Shown one piece after another: positions 19,140-29,211 of a DNA stretch of 64,000 nt. The first letter of the stretch is position 1. Each line of letters begins with the position of its first letter. This stretch comes from Spirochaetia bacterium (GTDB taxonomy: Bacteria > Spirochaetota > Spirochaetia > DSM-2461): assembly GCA_963668315.1 (NCBI GenBank), contig OY764216.1, positions 1,024,001-1,088,000 of the forward strand, in the 5' to 3' direction. The notes under the pieces are model-generated. The model was not told the DNA's origin. It did no database searches and was given only the letters and a program-made list of their open reading frames with translations. A program made the position numbers and the translations under genes.

Positions 19140-21122
19140 ATGGAAAAAAAGATTTTATTCGCCCTTTTTGCTGTTTGCCTGCTAGCTCTGTCCGGCTGTA
19201 ATCTGGGATGGAATCCCGATGAGGATGATGCCGGAGGAGACAGTTCCACAGCCTATTATTCCTATGACTGGCATTCCGAGACCAATGCCCGGGACGTCTA
19301 TTATCACACCAGTACGGAAGATGCTGTGGGGACGCTCCTCTATATAGAGTACTATGATCTGAATGAAGCGGATCAAGTCGTCTTTGTCAGAACCAATTAT
19401 CCCCCTGTCAGCGAAGATGAGGAAGTAGGGATTATAAAGAGTTACGCCATATATGAGTGGGACGGCGATCTGTTGGACAAGGCTGCTTTCTTTAATGGTA
19501 ACGAAGAGTGCACAGGACTTATCACTTACGATTATGACGTCTCAGACCGAGTCTCCGCCGTTTACAGCTATTTAACAGAAACCGGCCATGCCTTGAAATC
19601 GGGAACCCGCTATCAATATGACTCGGATGGCAATGTTTCCCTGAAAGCTATAATTGCCGGTGAAGATAATACAGCCACGGTAACTTCCGGGACGGAGTTC
19701 GCCTACGATCTTAGCAAGGACGTTCTTTTCCGCCGCAGTATCCATAAGCTGATCGATAGCGATGACGACATATCCGATCCGGCTACGCTGAACCTCGGTT
19801 CTGTCGGTTGTGCGGTTCCCTCGGTAAGCAAACCCGAACTTGACGCGGACTATGTTTGCGATTATGAAGGCGTTTATAACTCATATCTTGTTTCGACCGA
19901 TGATGAGACGACCGATGAGGTCGAGCCGGATGTCACCGAAACCTTACTTCCCATGCCGGAAACTCCCCCCATCTCCGATATAGCCGATGGCGATCTCCTT
20001 GATCAGGTATACGCCCTCTCCCACCTCTGGGACAGCTACTGGTTTTATGATGAAGCCCTTGGTACCGATGTCTACTGGGGCGTCACCTTCAATGCCGATC
20101 CGGTACCCGTGAGTGAAACACCGGCCGCCGACTTGGCGGGGGTATATGATACGGTCTACGGTCTGATCGAGGATCAGGGATACAGTGATTACAGCGGCTG
20201 GTTCGACAGCTTCAGCCTGGAGATTCCCGAGAGCGTACACATGCCTGTTCAATTCTATATCGATGGAGGAAAAGGGATAAATCTGAGTGCCGATTCCGCC
20301 GGAGATGTGGAGTATACCTTCGATAAACCCATTACCATAGATCTGCAGTATCTCCCCGGTTATCATTTACTGAAATCCAAAATCATCAAATACGGAGATC
20401 TTGAGTATTTGAGGATTGATACGGCCTATAATGATGATAAAACCCATACCGTGGGAGTGACTCTGGAAGGAGATGCCATTCCCTATCCCGTGGGGATCTC
20501 CCTGGATTATTTCAATGAATCCTGCGAAGGAAGCTGGCCGGAGTCTCTGGAGATAAGCGTAAACGACCAGCCGGCTCAGAAATTTCTCTTTGAGCTGGAC
20601 GGAAGCATCAGCGATCCTGCCAGCCTTGAGGATTGGGCTATCCTGGCGGGGAATCAGCATACCCTCTGGTGGTACGACGGGGATGACGATCTTGTCGGTT
20701 CCTTTGTCTATGATTATGCAGAGGCTGACGGCGACCATGTCCTTTCCATTAATGTGAAGGATGGGAATGATACGCCCACCGGAGCCTATAAGCTGACTTT
20801 CTCTCCCGATGATCTGGCCTTTCTCTTTGGAATCTATGACAAGGAAGGCAATGCTATCGGTACCTATTCCCATGACTTCAGCAATATCCTCTCACAAGCC
20901 GAGGATGCCCTTAATGTCTGGGAGAGTGGAGTCGATACCTATGAGGATATATACGACCAGTGGCTGGACGGCAGCTATAGCCCCTCCGATCTTCTGGGCG
21001 ATGGCATGGCCGAAATGCCGACCTATCTGATTTCCGGAATCGGAGACGATCCCTTCGCCTTTCTCCTCAATGAGATCAAGGCTCTGATCCCCGTTGAACT
21101 GACCGGATCCGCCGGGCTATAG
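19140..21122 (+). CDS. Large acidic lipoprotein of unknown function
   Basis: GAGGAG RBS; lipobox 'LSGC'; very D/E/Y-rich with YD-like 'YDYD', 'YQYDSDGN'. Confidence 0.75.
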   Translation: MEKKILFALFAVCLLALSGCNLGWNPDEDDAGGDSSTAYYSYDWHSETNARDVYYHTSTEDAVGTLLYIEYYDLNEADQVVFVRTNYPPVSEDEEVGIIKSYAIYEWDGDLLDKAAFFNGNEECTGLITYDYDVSDRVSAVYSYLTETGHALKSGTRYQYDSDGNVSLKAIIAGEDNTATVTSGTEFAYDLSKDVLFRRSIHKLIDSDDDISDPATLNLGSVGCAVPSVSKPELDADYVCDYEGVYNSYLVSTDDETTDEVEPDVTETLLPMPETPPISDIADGDLLDQVYALSHLWDSYWFYDEALGTDVYWGVTFNADPVPVSETPAADLAGVYDTVYGLIEDQGYSDYSGWFDSFSLEIPESVHMPVQFYIDGGKGINLSADSAGDVEYTFDKPITIDLQYLPGYHLLKSKIIKYGDLEYLRIDTAYNDDKTHTVGVTLEGDAIPYPVGISLDYFNESCEGSWPESLEISVNDQPAQKFLFELDGSISDPASLEDWAILAGNQHTLWWYDGDDDLVGSFVYDYAEADGDHVLSINVKDGNDTPTGAYKLTFSPDDLAFLFGIYDKEGNAIGTYSHDFSNILSQAEDALNVWESGVDTYEDIYDQWLDGSYSPSDLLGDGMAEMPTYLISGIGDDPFAFLLNEIKALIPVELTGSAGL

Positions 21123-21146
21123 TCCTCTTTTCTCTCCTTCCCTTGA

Positions 21147-21186
21147 TTCCCCGTTTCCGGTCCGGGGAAGGAGCGGGGAACTTTTT
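21147..21186 (+). terminator. Terminator-like hairpin
   Basis: TTCCCCG...CGGGGAA then CTTTTT. Confidence 0.5.
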
Positions 21187-21187
21187 C

Positions 21188-21216
21188 TTGCCCGTTAAGT
21201 TGTGTAGGGGTATAAT
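21188..21216 (+). promoter_or_regulatory. Sigma70-type promoter (copy B)
   Basis: TTGCCC-N17-TATAAT, downstream sequence similar to copy A. Confidence 0.65.
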
Positions 21217-21307
21217 AGGCAGACGTGAACGCACACGCGGGGGGCGCTGTCCCCGGTAAACGCCTTATACCCCTTTTTCTGTCTCATCCTGCTGCGGAGC
21301 CTTTGTT

Positions 21308-22783
21308 ATGAGGCACCGCGTTCAGCCTCTTCTGGCTTTCTTTCAGAAAAGACTTCTCTCTTCCAGCATACAGCAGACCATCAAAGCTTCCTATATCATT
21401 ATCATCTGCCTGATGTTTATCGCTCCCGCCATCAGTCTGGGTTCTTCCTGGTTCCAGACCGTCCGTTACGACAGGATGATCACCAATGTCAGCCAGACGA
21501 ACCGGGTCAACCAGATCATCAAATCGGATATTTCCAACGAGCTGTGGGATGTGGTCGCCGGCAACAAGACCTTCGAAGAGGGGCGGCAGTATGAGATTCT
21601 GGACGATGTGGACCGCCGGCTGGATGAGATTTTCCGGAATACGGAGGTGAGGGAGAACCGCCGTCTTCTGGAAGTGGCAGGACGGGCCATGGAAACGCTG
21701 ACCGGTTACGTGGATCTTCTGGGGAAGCAGATCGACAATCAGTTTCTGGTGACCAGGAACGAGGAGATTCTCGATGAGATCCGCGGGGTGGCCGATCTGG
21801 TGTCCGATCTTCTTCAGGATTTTATTGTGCTGGAGATTGAGTCGGCAGACAGCACTAATGAGCAGATCAAGCGGGTCGCCCTGATACTGACCCTGCTCCA
21901 GTTTGTCATTCTCATGGTGGTTTTTATCTTTTCCGTCATGACCCAGCGGTCCGTAACGAAGAGCATCGACTATCCCATCAGCGAGCTGGAAAAGCTCTCC
22001 ACCCAGATAGCCGCGGGGAATCTGGACGCCCGGGCCGACCGGCCCCATGTGAAGGAACTGGATAACCTGACGGACAACCTGAATATCATGGCCGAAAAGA
22101 TCCGCGATCTGATAGATGAGAATATCCGGGAGCAGAAGAATCTGCAGAAATCGGAAATGAAAGCTCTGCAGGCTCAGATCACCCCCCATTTTCTCTACAA
22201 TACCCTGGATACCATCGTCTGGCTGGCCGAGGGGAAGCAGTATGAGCAGGTTATCTCTGTTACCCGCAATTTCTCCAGTTTTTTCCGTACAGCCCTGAAC
22301 CGGGGAAGGGACTGGATAAGCGTGCGGGAGGAACTGGAGCATGTGAAGAATTATCTGAGTATTCAGCAGGTGCGCTATCGGGACATACTGGAGTTTTCCG
22401 TCGAATATGATGAGAGTATGACCGATAAGTTCATGCTGAAACTGCTCCTTCAGCCCCTGGTGGAGAATGCCCTGTACCATGGGATCAAGAACAGGAGGGG
22501 GCGGGGAAAAATCACCGTAAGGGGATGGCTCGAGGGGGAGCTCCTCTGCTTTTCCGTCCATGATAACGGGATAGGGATGACTCCCGAGAGGCTGGCCGAT
22601 GTGAAAAGGCAGATGGGGGAGGAGCGGGAGCATTCCCACAGCGGGGATATTTACGGGCTGTATAATGTGAATAAGCGATTGGCCCTGTATTACAGCGGCT
22701 GGACGGAGTTGGAAATTGAGAGCGTCTACAAAGAAGGGACGACCGTTATATTTAAAGTGCCGGAGATAGAAAAAAATGTATAG
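21308..22783 (+). CDS. Sensor histidine kinase, YesM/LytS type
   Basis: 2 TM, HAMP, 'LQAQITPHFLYNTL', 'LQPLVENALYHG', 'DNGIGM'. Confidence 0.93.
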   Translation: MRHRVQPLLAFFQKRLLSSSIQQTIKASYIIIICLMFIAPAISLGSSWFQTVRYDRMITNVSQTNRVNQIIKSDISNELWDVVAGNKTFEEGRQYEILDDVDRRLDEIFRNTEVRENRRLLEVAGRAMETLTGYVDLLGKQIDNQFLVTRNEEILDEIRGVADLVSDLLQDFIVLEIESADSTNEQIKRVALILTLLQFVILMVVFIFSVMTQRSVTKSIDYPISELEKLSTQIAAGNLDARADRPHVKELDNLTDNLNIMAEKIRDLIDENIREQKNLQKSEMKALQAQITPHFLYNTLDTIVWLAEGKQYEQVISVTRNFSSFFRTALNRGRDWISVREELEHVKNYLSIQQVRYRDILEFSVEYDESMTDKFMLKLLLQPLVENALYHGIKNRRGRGKITVRGWLEGELLCFSVHDNGIGMTPERLADVKRQMGEEREHSHSGDIYGLYNVNKRLALYYSGWTELEIESVYKEGTTVIFKVPEIEKNV

Positions 22784-24101
22784 TGTGTTTGTGGTGGAAG
22801 ATGAAATCGTCACTCGTGAGGGAATCAGGAACAATATTCCCTGGGACAATACGGAATTCACCCTGGTGGGGGAGGCTCCCGACGGGGAAATGGCTCTCCA
22901 TGCCATCAGGGAGATCAAGCCGGACATTCTCATCACCGACATCAAGATGCCCTTCATGGACGGCCTGGCCCTCTCCCGGCTCGTCAAGGAGGATCAGCCC
23001 TGGATAAAGATCATCATCCTTTCCGGCCATGACGAATTCCACTACGCCAAGGAGGCCATCTCCATCGGGGTGGAGGAGTATCTCTTGAAGCCCGTATCTT
23101 CCGGGGACATGCTGTCCTCGCTGGAGAAGGTGGCTACCCGGCTGGAGGAGGAGAGGAGCCAGAGGTGCCAGATGGAGAATCTGGAGAGGAAGGTCAGGAC
23201 CCACCGGGAGATTCTGAGGGAGAAGTGGGGGTTTGATCTGATTATGGGGCGGATGGAGTCCCGGGAGGCGCTGGAAAGGGGAAAAGAGCTGGACCTTGAT
23301 GTTTCGGCCCCCGGTTTTACCGCCCTGGTCATAGGCTGCAACGCTCCGGGGGGAGAGGAGGCGCCGGGAGGACGGGTCAGCTCACTCCTGGCCGGGCTGA
23401 TTCCCCACCGCCGGGACATTTTCCTGACCCTGCCGAACAGAAACGAGTACATCCTGCTGGTGAAAATCGACAATCCTTCCCTGGCCGATGACCGCCTGTA
23501 TGCGCTGGCCCAGGGCATCAAGCATGAAGCGGAGCGTACCGGAGAGGTTGCCCTGTCCATAGGAATCGGCTCGGTGGCCTCCCATCTGGAAGAGCTCCGC
23601 ACCTCCTATGTGGAAGCGGGCGGGCTGATCCGTTATATGTCACGCTCCGGGGAGAGTAAGATCATGGGGACCGGCGATATTCGCGATACTTCCGTCCTTT
23701 GGGCCGATCATAGTGCGGGCGGGCAGTCTCTTATGCATCTGGAGCAGAAGCATAACGAGCAGATCGTCCTGGCGAAAAAGTATATCGAGAGGAACTTCAT
23801 GAGTCCCGATATCTCCCTGAATGCCGTGGCGTCCCATGTCAATGTCAGCCCCAATCACTTCAGCACGGTTTTCTCCCAGGAAGAGGGGCGCACCTTTATT
23901 GAATACCTTACGGGGGTCAGGCTGGAACGGGCCCGGGAACTGCTTGTCTCCAGCTCCATGAAGTGCGGCGATGTGGCCTACGAGGTGGGTTACGGCGATC
24001 CCCATTACTTCAGTTTTATCTTCAAGAAGAACACGGGCCTTTCTCCGCGGGAGTACCGCAGTTCCCACAGACCGGCGGGGAGGATGGGCGGGAATTCGTA
24101 A
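22776..24101 (+). CDS. Response regulator with AraC HTH (YesN type)
   Basis: REC 'VEDE...ITDIKMPFMDG'; AraC 'VGYGDPHYFS.IFKK.TG.SP'. Confidence 0.93.
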   Translation: MYSVFVVEDEIVTREGIRNNIPWDNTEFTLVGEAPDGEMALHAIREIKPDILITDIKMPFMDGLALSRLVKEDQPWIKIIILSGHDEFHYAKEAISIGVEEYLLKPVSSGDMLSSLEKVATRLEEERSQRCQMENLERKVRTHREILREKWGFDLIMGRMESREALERGKELDLDVSAPGFTALVIGCNAPGGEEAPGGRVSSLLAGLIPHRRDIFLTLPNRNEYILLVKIDNPSLADDRLYALAQGIKHEAERTGEVALSIGIGSVASHLEELRTSYVEAGGLIRYMSRSGESKIMGTGDIRDTSVLWADHSAGGQSLMHLEQKHNEQIVLAKKYIERNFMSPDISLNAVASHVNVSPNHFSTVFSQEEGRTFIEYLTGVRLERARELLVSSSMKCGDVAYEVGYGDPHYFSFIFKKNTGLSPREYRSSHRPAGRMGGNS

Positions 24102-24244
24102 AAAATCCCCCTTTTATAATAAATAAATCAACCTTTCGGAAAAAAAGTTTTCTTTTCTACGGGAAAGAGCATAAATAAACTCATGTACGGCTGATAAAAG
24201 CGGGTTTATCCTCCTTGAATAATATCAAGTTCAAGGAGTTTTGT

Positions 24245-25237
24245 ATGAAAAACAGAGTATTCCTGTTGGGTCTTGCCACGCTTATGCTGGCGGGCGGACT
24301 GCTTTTCGCCAATGGGGGAAATGAAACCGCTGCGGCGGAAGGAACCGGACTCATCACCGTCGGTTACGCTCAGGTAGGAGCCGAATCGGACTGGAGAACA
24401 GCCAACACCGAATCTTTCAAGAGTACTTTCGTCGAAGCAAACGGATATAAACTGATTTTTGATGACGCCCAGCAGAAGCAGGAAAATCAGATCAAGGCTA
24501 TCCGTAACTTCATCCAGCAGGATGTGGACTATATCGTTGTCGCACCCGTTGTGGAAACCGGCTGGGAAACGGTACTCGGCGAAGCCAAGGCCGCCGGCAT
24601 CCCCGTCATCCTTTCCGACAGACAGATGGACGTATCCGACGACAGCCTGTACGTGGCATGGGTCGGCGGAAACTTCCTCAAGGAAGGACAGGACAGCATC
24701 GTCTGGCTCAACGACTATCTTAAGAAAGTCGGCCGGGACAAGGAAAATATCAACTGCGTACTGCTTCAGGGAACCATCGGTTCTTCCGCTCAGGTAGGAC
24801 GTACCCAGGGTATAACCGAGGGTCTGGCCAAGAATGCCAACTACAATCTTCTGGCTAAACAGACCGGTGAATTTACCCAGGCAAAAGGCCAGGAAGTCAT
24901 GGAATCCTTCCTCAAGGCTTATGACGACATCGACGTGGTTTTTGCTGAAAACGACAACATGGCTTTCGGTGCCATCGACGCCATCAAGGCTGTGGGAAAA
25001 GAGCCCGGAAAGGATATCATCATCATCTCCTTCGACGCCGTTCACGAAGCGTTCAACAGAATGATCGCCGGTGAAATCAACGCCGATGTTGAATGTAACC
25101 CCCTCCACGGACCCCGTGTGGCTGACATCATCCAGATGCTTGAGAAAGGCCAGTCGGTAAGCAAGATCATGTATGTCGACGAAGGTGTCTTTGACCAGTT
25201 CAACGCCGAAGAGATTCTGCCCACCAGAATGTATTAA
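24245..25237 (+). CDS. Sugar ABC transporter substrate-binding protein (YtfQ/galactofuranose-type)
   Basis: AAGGAG RBS; 'GYAQVGAESDWRTANT', 'ECNPLHGP'. Confidence 0.9.
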   Translation: MKNRVFLLGLATLMLAGGLLFANGGNETAAAEGTGLITVGYAQVGAESDWRTANTESFKSTFVEANGYKLIFDDAQQKQENQIKAIRNFIQQDVDYIVVAPVVETGWETVLGEAKAAGIPVILSDRQMDVSDDSLYVAWVGGNFLKEGQDSIVWLNDYLKKVGRDKENINCVLLQGTIGSSAQVGRTQGITEGLAKNANYNLLAKQTGEFTQAKGQEVMESFLKAYDDIDVVFAENDNMAFGAIDAIKAVGKEPGKDIIIISFDAVHEAFNRMIAGEINADVECNPLHGPRVADIIQMLEKGQSVSKIMYVDEGVFDQFNAEEILPTRMY

Positions 25238-25250
25238 TGTGAAATAACGG

Positions 25251-25286
25251 AGGAGGCACGGGATTCGCTGTGCCTCCTTTTCTTTT
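25251..25286 (+). terminator. Intra-operon stem-loop after the binding-protein gene
   Basis: AGGAGGCAC...GTGCCTCCT followed by T-rich run. Confidence 0.6.
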
Positions 25287-25300
25287 ATCCGGAGGATCCG

Positions 25301-26830
25301 ATGAAAAATGATGAAATGCTGACCATGCGTGGCATTTGCAAGGAATTCCCTGGAGTCAAAGCCCTGCAAAACGTGGACTTTACCCTGAAAAAAGGAGAGA
25401 TACATGCTCTCATGGGGGAAAACGGTGCCGGAAAAAGCACCCTTATTAAGGTCCTGACCGGAGTGTATCCCCTGGGAGAGGGGGATATCCGCGTAGAGGG
25501 GTTTGACGGTCCGGTGATTAACCATTCCCCCGAAGAAGCCCAGAGAAACGGGATCAGCACGGTGTATCAGGAGGTTAACCTCTGTCCCAATATTTCCGTG
25601 TCTGAGAATATCTCCCTGGCCCGGCAGCCCCTGACCAAATGGGGCGCGGTCAATTGGAAGAAAATGAATAAAAGAGCCGTAAACGCCCTGAAGGCGGTCG
25701 GCCTGGATATAGACGTGACAAAGCCCCTGGGCGATTACTCCGTGGCCATTCAGCAGATGGTCGCCATCGCCCGGGCCGTGGACGTTCAGTGCAAGGTTCT
25801 CATTCTGGACGAGCCGACCAGCTCCCTGGACGACCAGGAAGTGGGAAAGCTTTTCGAGGTAATGAGGGGGCTGAAGGCCGAAGGGGTTTCCATCGTATTC
25901 GTCACCCACTTCCTGGAGCAGGTTTATGAGATCTGCGACGTGATTACGGTACTGCGAAACGGCGAACTGGTAGACCGGTTCGAGGTGGCGGAACTGCCCC
26001 GAGTTCAGCTGGTCGCCAAGATGCTGGGCCATGAGTACGACGACCTGGCGGAGATAAGAAGCCAGGACGCCGCCGAGGACGTAGCGGTTAAGAGGGAAGC
26101 CCCCATTCTTCAGGCGGACAATCTGGGGAAAGCGGGATCTATCAAACCCTTCGACCTGGAGATTCGCAAGGGCGAGGTCATCGGCCTCACCGGACTTCTG
26201 GGATCGGGCCGCTCCGAACTGGCCCGCCTTCTCTACTGCGCCGACAAGCCGGACAGGGGAGCGCTCAGTTTCAAGGGAAGCCCCCTGAAGGCGCGGAATC
26301 CCATGGATGCCCTGAAGAGAGGCATGGCCTTTCTGCCGGAAGACCGGAAGGAAGAGGGAATCATCGGAGATCTGTCGGTCCGGGAGAATCTGATTATCGC
26401 CCTGCAGGCACGCACGGGGATGTTCAAACTTCTCCCCCAGTCAAAGCAGAACGAACTGGCCGACAAATTCATCAAGCTGCTCAACATTAAAACCGCTTCG
26501 CCGGAAACGCCGATAAACCAGCTCTCCGGAGGTAATCAGCAGAAGGTGATCCTGGGCCGCTGGCTTATCACCAATCCGGATTTCCTGATCCTTGACGAGC
26601 CCACCCGGGGAATCGACGTGGGAACCAAGGCCGAGATTCAGAAGCTCGTCGTACAGCTGGCAGGCGAAGGGGTCACGGTTATGTTCATCAGCTCGGAGAT
26701 CGAAGAGATGCTCCGGACGGTGGACCGTCTCTTTGTTCTGTGCGACAGGAAGAAAACCGGAGAACTGAGAAACAGAAACATTACCCAGCAGGAAGTAATG
26801 GCAGCCATAGCGGGAGGACATCAGGAATGA
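25301..26830 (+). CDS. Sugar ABC transporter ATP-binding protein (two NBDs, YtfR-like)
   Basis: GENGAGKST, LDEPT twice, LSGGNQQK. Confidence 0.95.
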   Translation: MKNDEMLTMRGICKEFPGVKALQNVDFTLKKGEIHALMGENGAGKSTLIKVLTGVYPLGEGDIRVEGFDGPVINHSPEEAQRNGISTVYQEVNLCPNISVSENISLARQPLTKWGAVNWKKMNKRAVNALKAVGLDIDVTKPLGDYSVAIQQMVAIARAVDVQCKVLILDEPTSSLDDQEVGKLFEVMRGLKAEGVSIVFVTHFLEQVYEICDVITVLRNGELVDRFEVAELPRVQLVAKMLGHEYDDLAEIRSQDAAEDVAVKREAPILQADNLGKAGSIKPFDLEIRKGEVIGLTGLLGSGRSELARLLYCADKPDRGALSFKGSPLKARNPMDALKRGMAFLPEDRKEEGIIGDLSVRENLIIALQARTGMFKLLPQSKQNELADKFIKLLNIKTASPETPINQLSGGNQQKVILGRWLITNPDFLILDEPTRGIDVGTKAEIQKLVVQLAGEGVTVMFISSEIEEMLRTVDRLFVLCDRKKTGELRNRNITQQEVMAAIAGGHQE

Positions 26831-27912
26831 ATGAACTCGGTTTAAAAGCAAAACACGGGGCGAGGGCCCTTGTGGGGAAATCTCTCTTTCTTCCCCTGTT
26901 CGCCCTTTTTCTCGTTTTGATCGTCAATGTGATCAAGACCCCCTCGTTTTTTAATATAACCATACAGAACGGGGTGCTCTACGGGTACACCATAGACATA
27001 ATCAACCGGTCGAGCGAACTGGTCATTCTGGCCGTGGGCATGACGCTGGTTATCGCCACCGGGGGAATCGACATCTCCGTGGGAGCCGTGAGCGCCCTGG
27101 CCGCCGCGGTCTGCGTGCGGATGCTGGGGTCCAGTTACGACTCCTATGCCTCCCCCATGGCCGTCTGTATTCTGGCCGCCCTGATCATGGGTATGATTCT
27201 GGGAGCCTTCAACGGATTCCTGGTCGCCCGGCTGCGGATCCAGGCCATGGTGGCCACGCTGATCCTCTTCACCGCGGGACGGGGCATCGCCCAGCTAATC
27301 AGCGCCCGGGAGATCGGGGGCAAGATGGTGCCGGGGCAGATCATCTATGTGCGCATGGAGTCCTTCAAGGGCATCGGCGGATTTCTCCCCCACGTTATCG
27401 TACCCACGCCGGTATTCATCGCCGCGGCGGTGGTGCTGATCTTCTATCTGGTTCTGACGAAGACGGCCCTGGGCCTCTACATCAAAACGGTGGGAATCAA
27501 CAGCCGGGCGGGCCGCCTGGTGGGAATCAACTCCACCTTCATCATGTTCCTCTGCTACGTGCTCTGCGGTCTGACCGCCGCCATGGCCGGGGTTATCTCC
27601 TCCAGCCGCATCTACTCCAGCGACGCCAACAACATCGGCCTGAACATGGAACTGGACGCCATCCTGGCCGTCGCCCTGGGGGGCAACAGCATGGCCGGGG
27701 GCAAATTCAGCCTGGCCGGATCGGTCATCGGCGCCATAACCATACAGGCCCTGACCACCAGCCTCTACGCCATGGGTGTTACCGCCGACCAGCTGCCCGT
27801 GTTCAAAGCCATCGTGGTTATCATCATCGTATCCATCCAGTCGGAGGAACTGAAGCGGTGGATAAGCGCCTGGAATCATAACAAAAATGCCAACAAGGTG
27901 AGTGCCGAATGA
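26827..27912 (+). CDS. Sugar ABC transporter permease (YtfT-like)
   Basis: 'GGIDISVG', 'ELDAILAVALGG'; ATGA overlap. Confidence 0.92.
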   Translation: MNELGLKAKHGARALVGKSLFLPLFALFLVLIVNVIKTPSFFNITIQNGVLYGYTIDIINRSSELVILAVGMTLVIATGGIDISVGAVSALAAAVCVRMLGSSYDSYASPMAVCILAALIMGMILGAFNGFLVARLRIQAMVATLILFTAGRGIAQLISAREIGGKMVPGQIIYVRMESFKGIGGFLPHVIVPTPVFIAAAVVLIFYLVLTKTALGLYIKTVGINSRAGRLVGINSTFIMFLCYVLCGLTAAMAGVISSSRIYSSDANNIGLNMELDAILAVALGGNSMAGGKFSLAGSVIGAITIQALTTSLYAMGVTADQLPVFKAIVVIIIVSIQSEELKRWISAWNHNKNANKVSAE

Positions 27913-28949
27913 ATGTCTTAGAACAAGTTAAAAGAAAAGTCACCGGAACAAATTTTCTTCTCATGGTCACCATTGTCATGTTCTTCCTCATGTACCTGCT
28001 GGGAATCATCATCTACAGCGCCCAGGGCTTCGGCAAGATGCAGACCTTCATGAACATGCTCATCGACAACGCCGGCCTCATCATCGTCGCGGCGGGAATG
28101 ACCGTGGTCATCATAACCGGAGGCATCGATATCTCCGTGGGCTCCGTGGTGGGGCTGACCTGTATGATGCTGGCCTACATGATGCAGAATCTTGAAATGT
28201 CCGCCGGTGTTTCCATCGCCCTGGTGCTGGTTTTCGGCATTGTCTTCGGCTGCGTACAGGGCTGGCTCATCTCCTATCTGAACATCCAGCCCTTCATCGT
28301 GACCCTGGCGGGCATGTTCTTCTGCCGCGGCCTTACCGCCATGATCAGCGTGGATCAGATCGCCATCACCGTCAATCAGGCGTTCCTGGACATGGCCAAC
28401 AAAAACATCAGGATACCCTTCGGCGCGGTGGTGAACAAGCGGGGCATCAAGCTCTTTCCCTTCATCCATCCCAGCGTGGTCATCGCCCTGGTCACCCTGG
28501 CCGTGGTCTGGTACATCCTGCGCTACACCAAGTTCGGCCGCTCCGTCTTCGCCATCGGCGGGAGCGAGCAGTCGGCCATGCTCATGGGACTCAACGTGCG
28601 CCGGGTAAAGATGACCGCCTATGTGCTTAACGGATTTCTGGCATCCCTGGGGGGCTTCGTCTTCTGTCTGAACACGACCTCGGGCTTCGTTGAACAGGCC
28701 CGGGGCTTCGAGATGGAAGCCATCGCGTCCACCGTCATCGGAGGAACCCTGCTCACGGGAGGGGTGGGAACCGTTGTGGGAAGCTTCTTCGGAGTGCTCA
28801 TCAAAGCTATCATCGAAACCTACATCCGCTGCAACGGAACCCTTTCGTCCTGGTGGAATAAAATCGTCCTTTCCATTCTGCTCTGTTTCTTCATCGTGCT
28901 GCAGAGCGTATTCGCCGCCATCAGGAGACGGCACGGACAGGGAAATTAG
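27909..28949 (+). CDS. Sugar ABC transporter permease (YjfF-like)
   Basis: 'GGIDISVGS', 'FGRSVFAIGG', 'IASTVIGGTLLTGG', 'SSWW.KI'. Confidence 0.92.
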   Translation: MNVLEQVKRKVTGTNFLLMVTIVMFFLMYLLGIIIYSAQGFGKMQTFMNMLIDNAGLIIVAAGMTVVIITGGIDISVGSVVGLTCMMLAYMMQNLEMSAGVSIALVLVFGIVFGCVQGWLISYLNIQPFIVTLAGMFFCRGLTAMISVDQIAITVNQAFLDMANKNIRIPFGAVVNKRGIKLFPFIHPSVVIALVTLAVVWYILRYTKFGRSVFAIGGSEQSAMLMGLNVRRVKMTAYVLNGFLASLGGFVFCLNTTSGFVEQARGFEMEAIASTVIGGTLLTGGVGTVVGSFFGVLIKAIIETYIRCNGTLSSWWNKIVLSILLCFFIVLQSVFAAIRRRHGQGN

Positions 28950-28956
28950 TCAATTT

Positions 28957-29086
28957 GGGGCTTGCGCGGGGAAGCTTCGCCTCCCCGCGCCGGGCTTTCC
29001 GCTCGAAAGGGCTTATCCGGGCCGCTTCTTCCGGCTCTGTCCCGCCGCCGGGCAGCCCGGGCCCTTAACCGCTTCAATAGCTTCGC
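28957..29086 (+). repeat. Structured intergenic element, copy 2 (Flavo-1-like)
   Basis: CCGGGCTTTCCGCTCGAA-AGGGC...GCCCT-TAACCGCTTCAATAGC. Confidence 0.65.
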
Positions 29087-29211
29087 TGTTCCTTATGGGG
29101 CAAAAAGCTTGTGCTGAACGGAATCCCTAAGCCTATTCATCCGATCGTTTTTCCCTCGGTTCAACATAAAAAAAGCTATATGCTCTGTAATTTTAATGTT
29201 ATACTTTAAAT

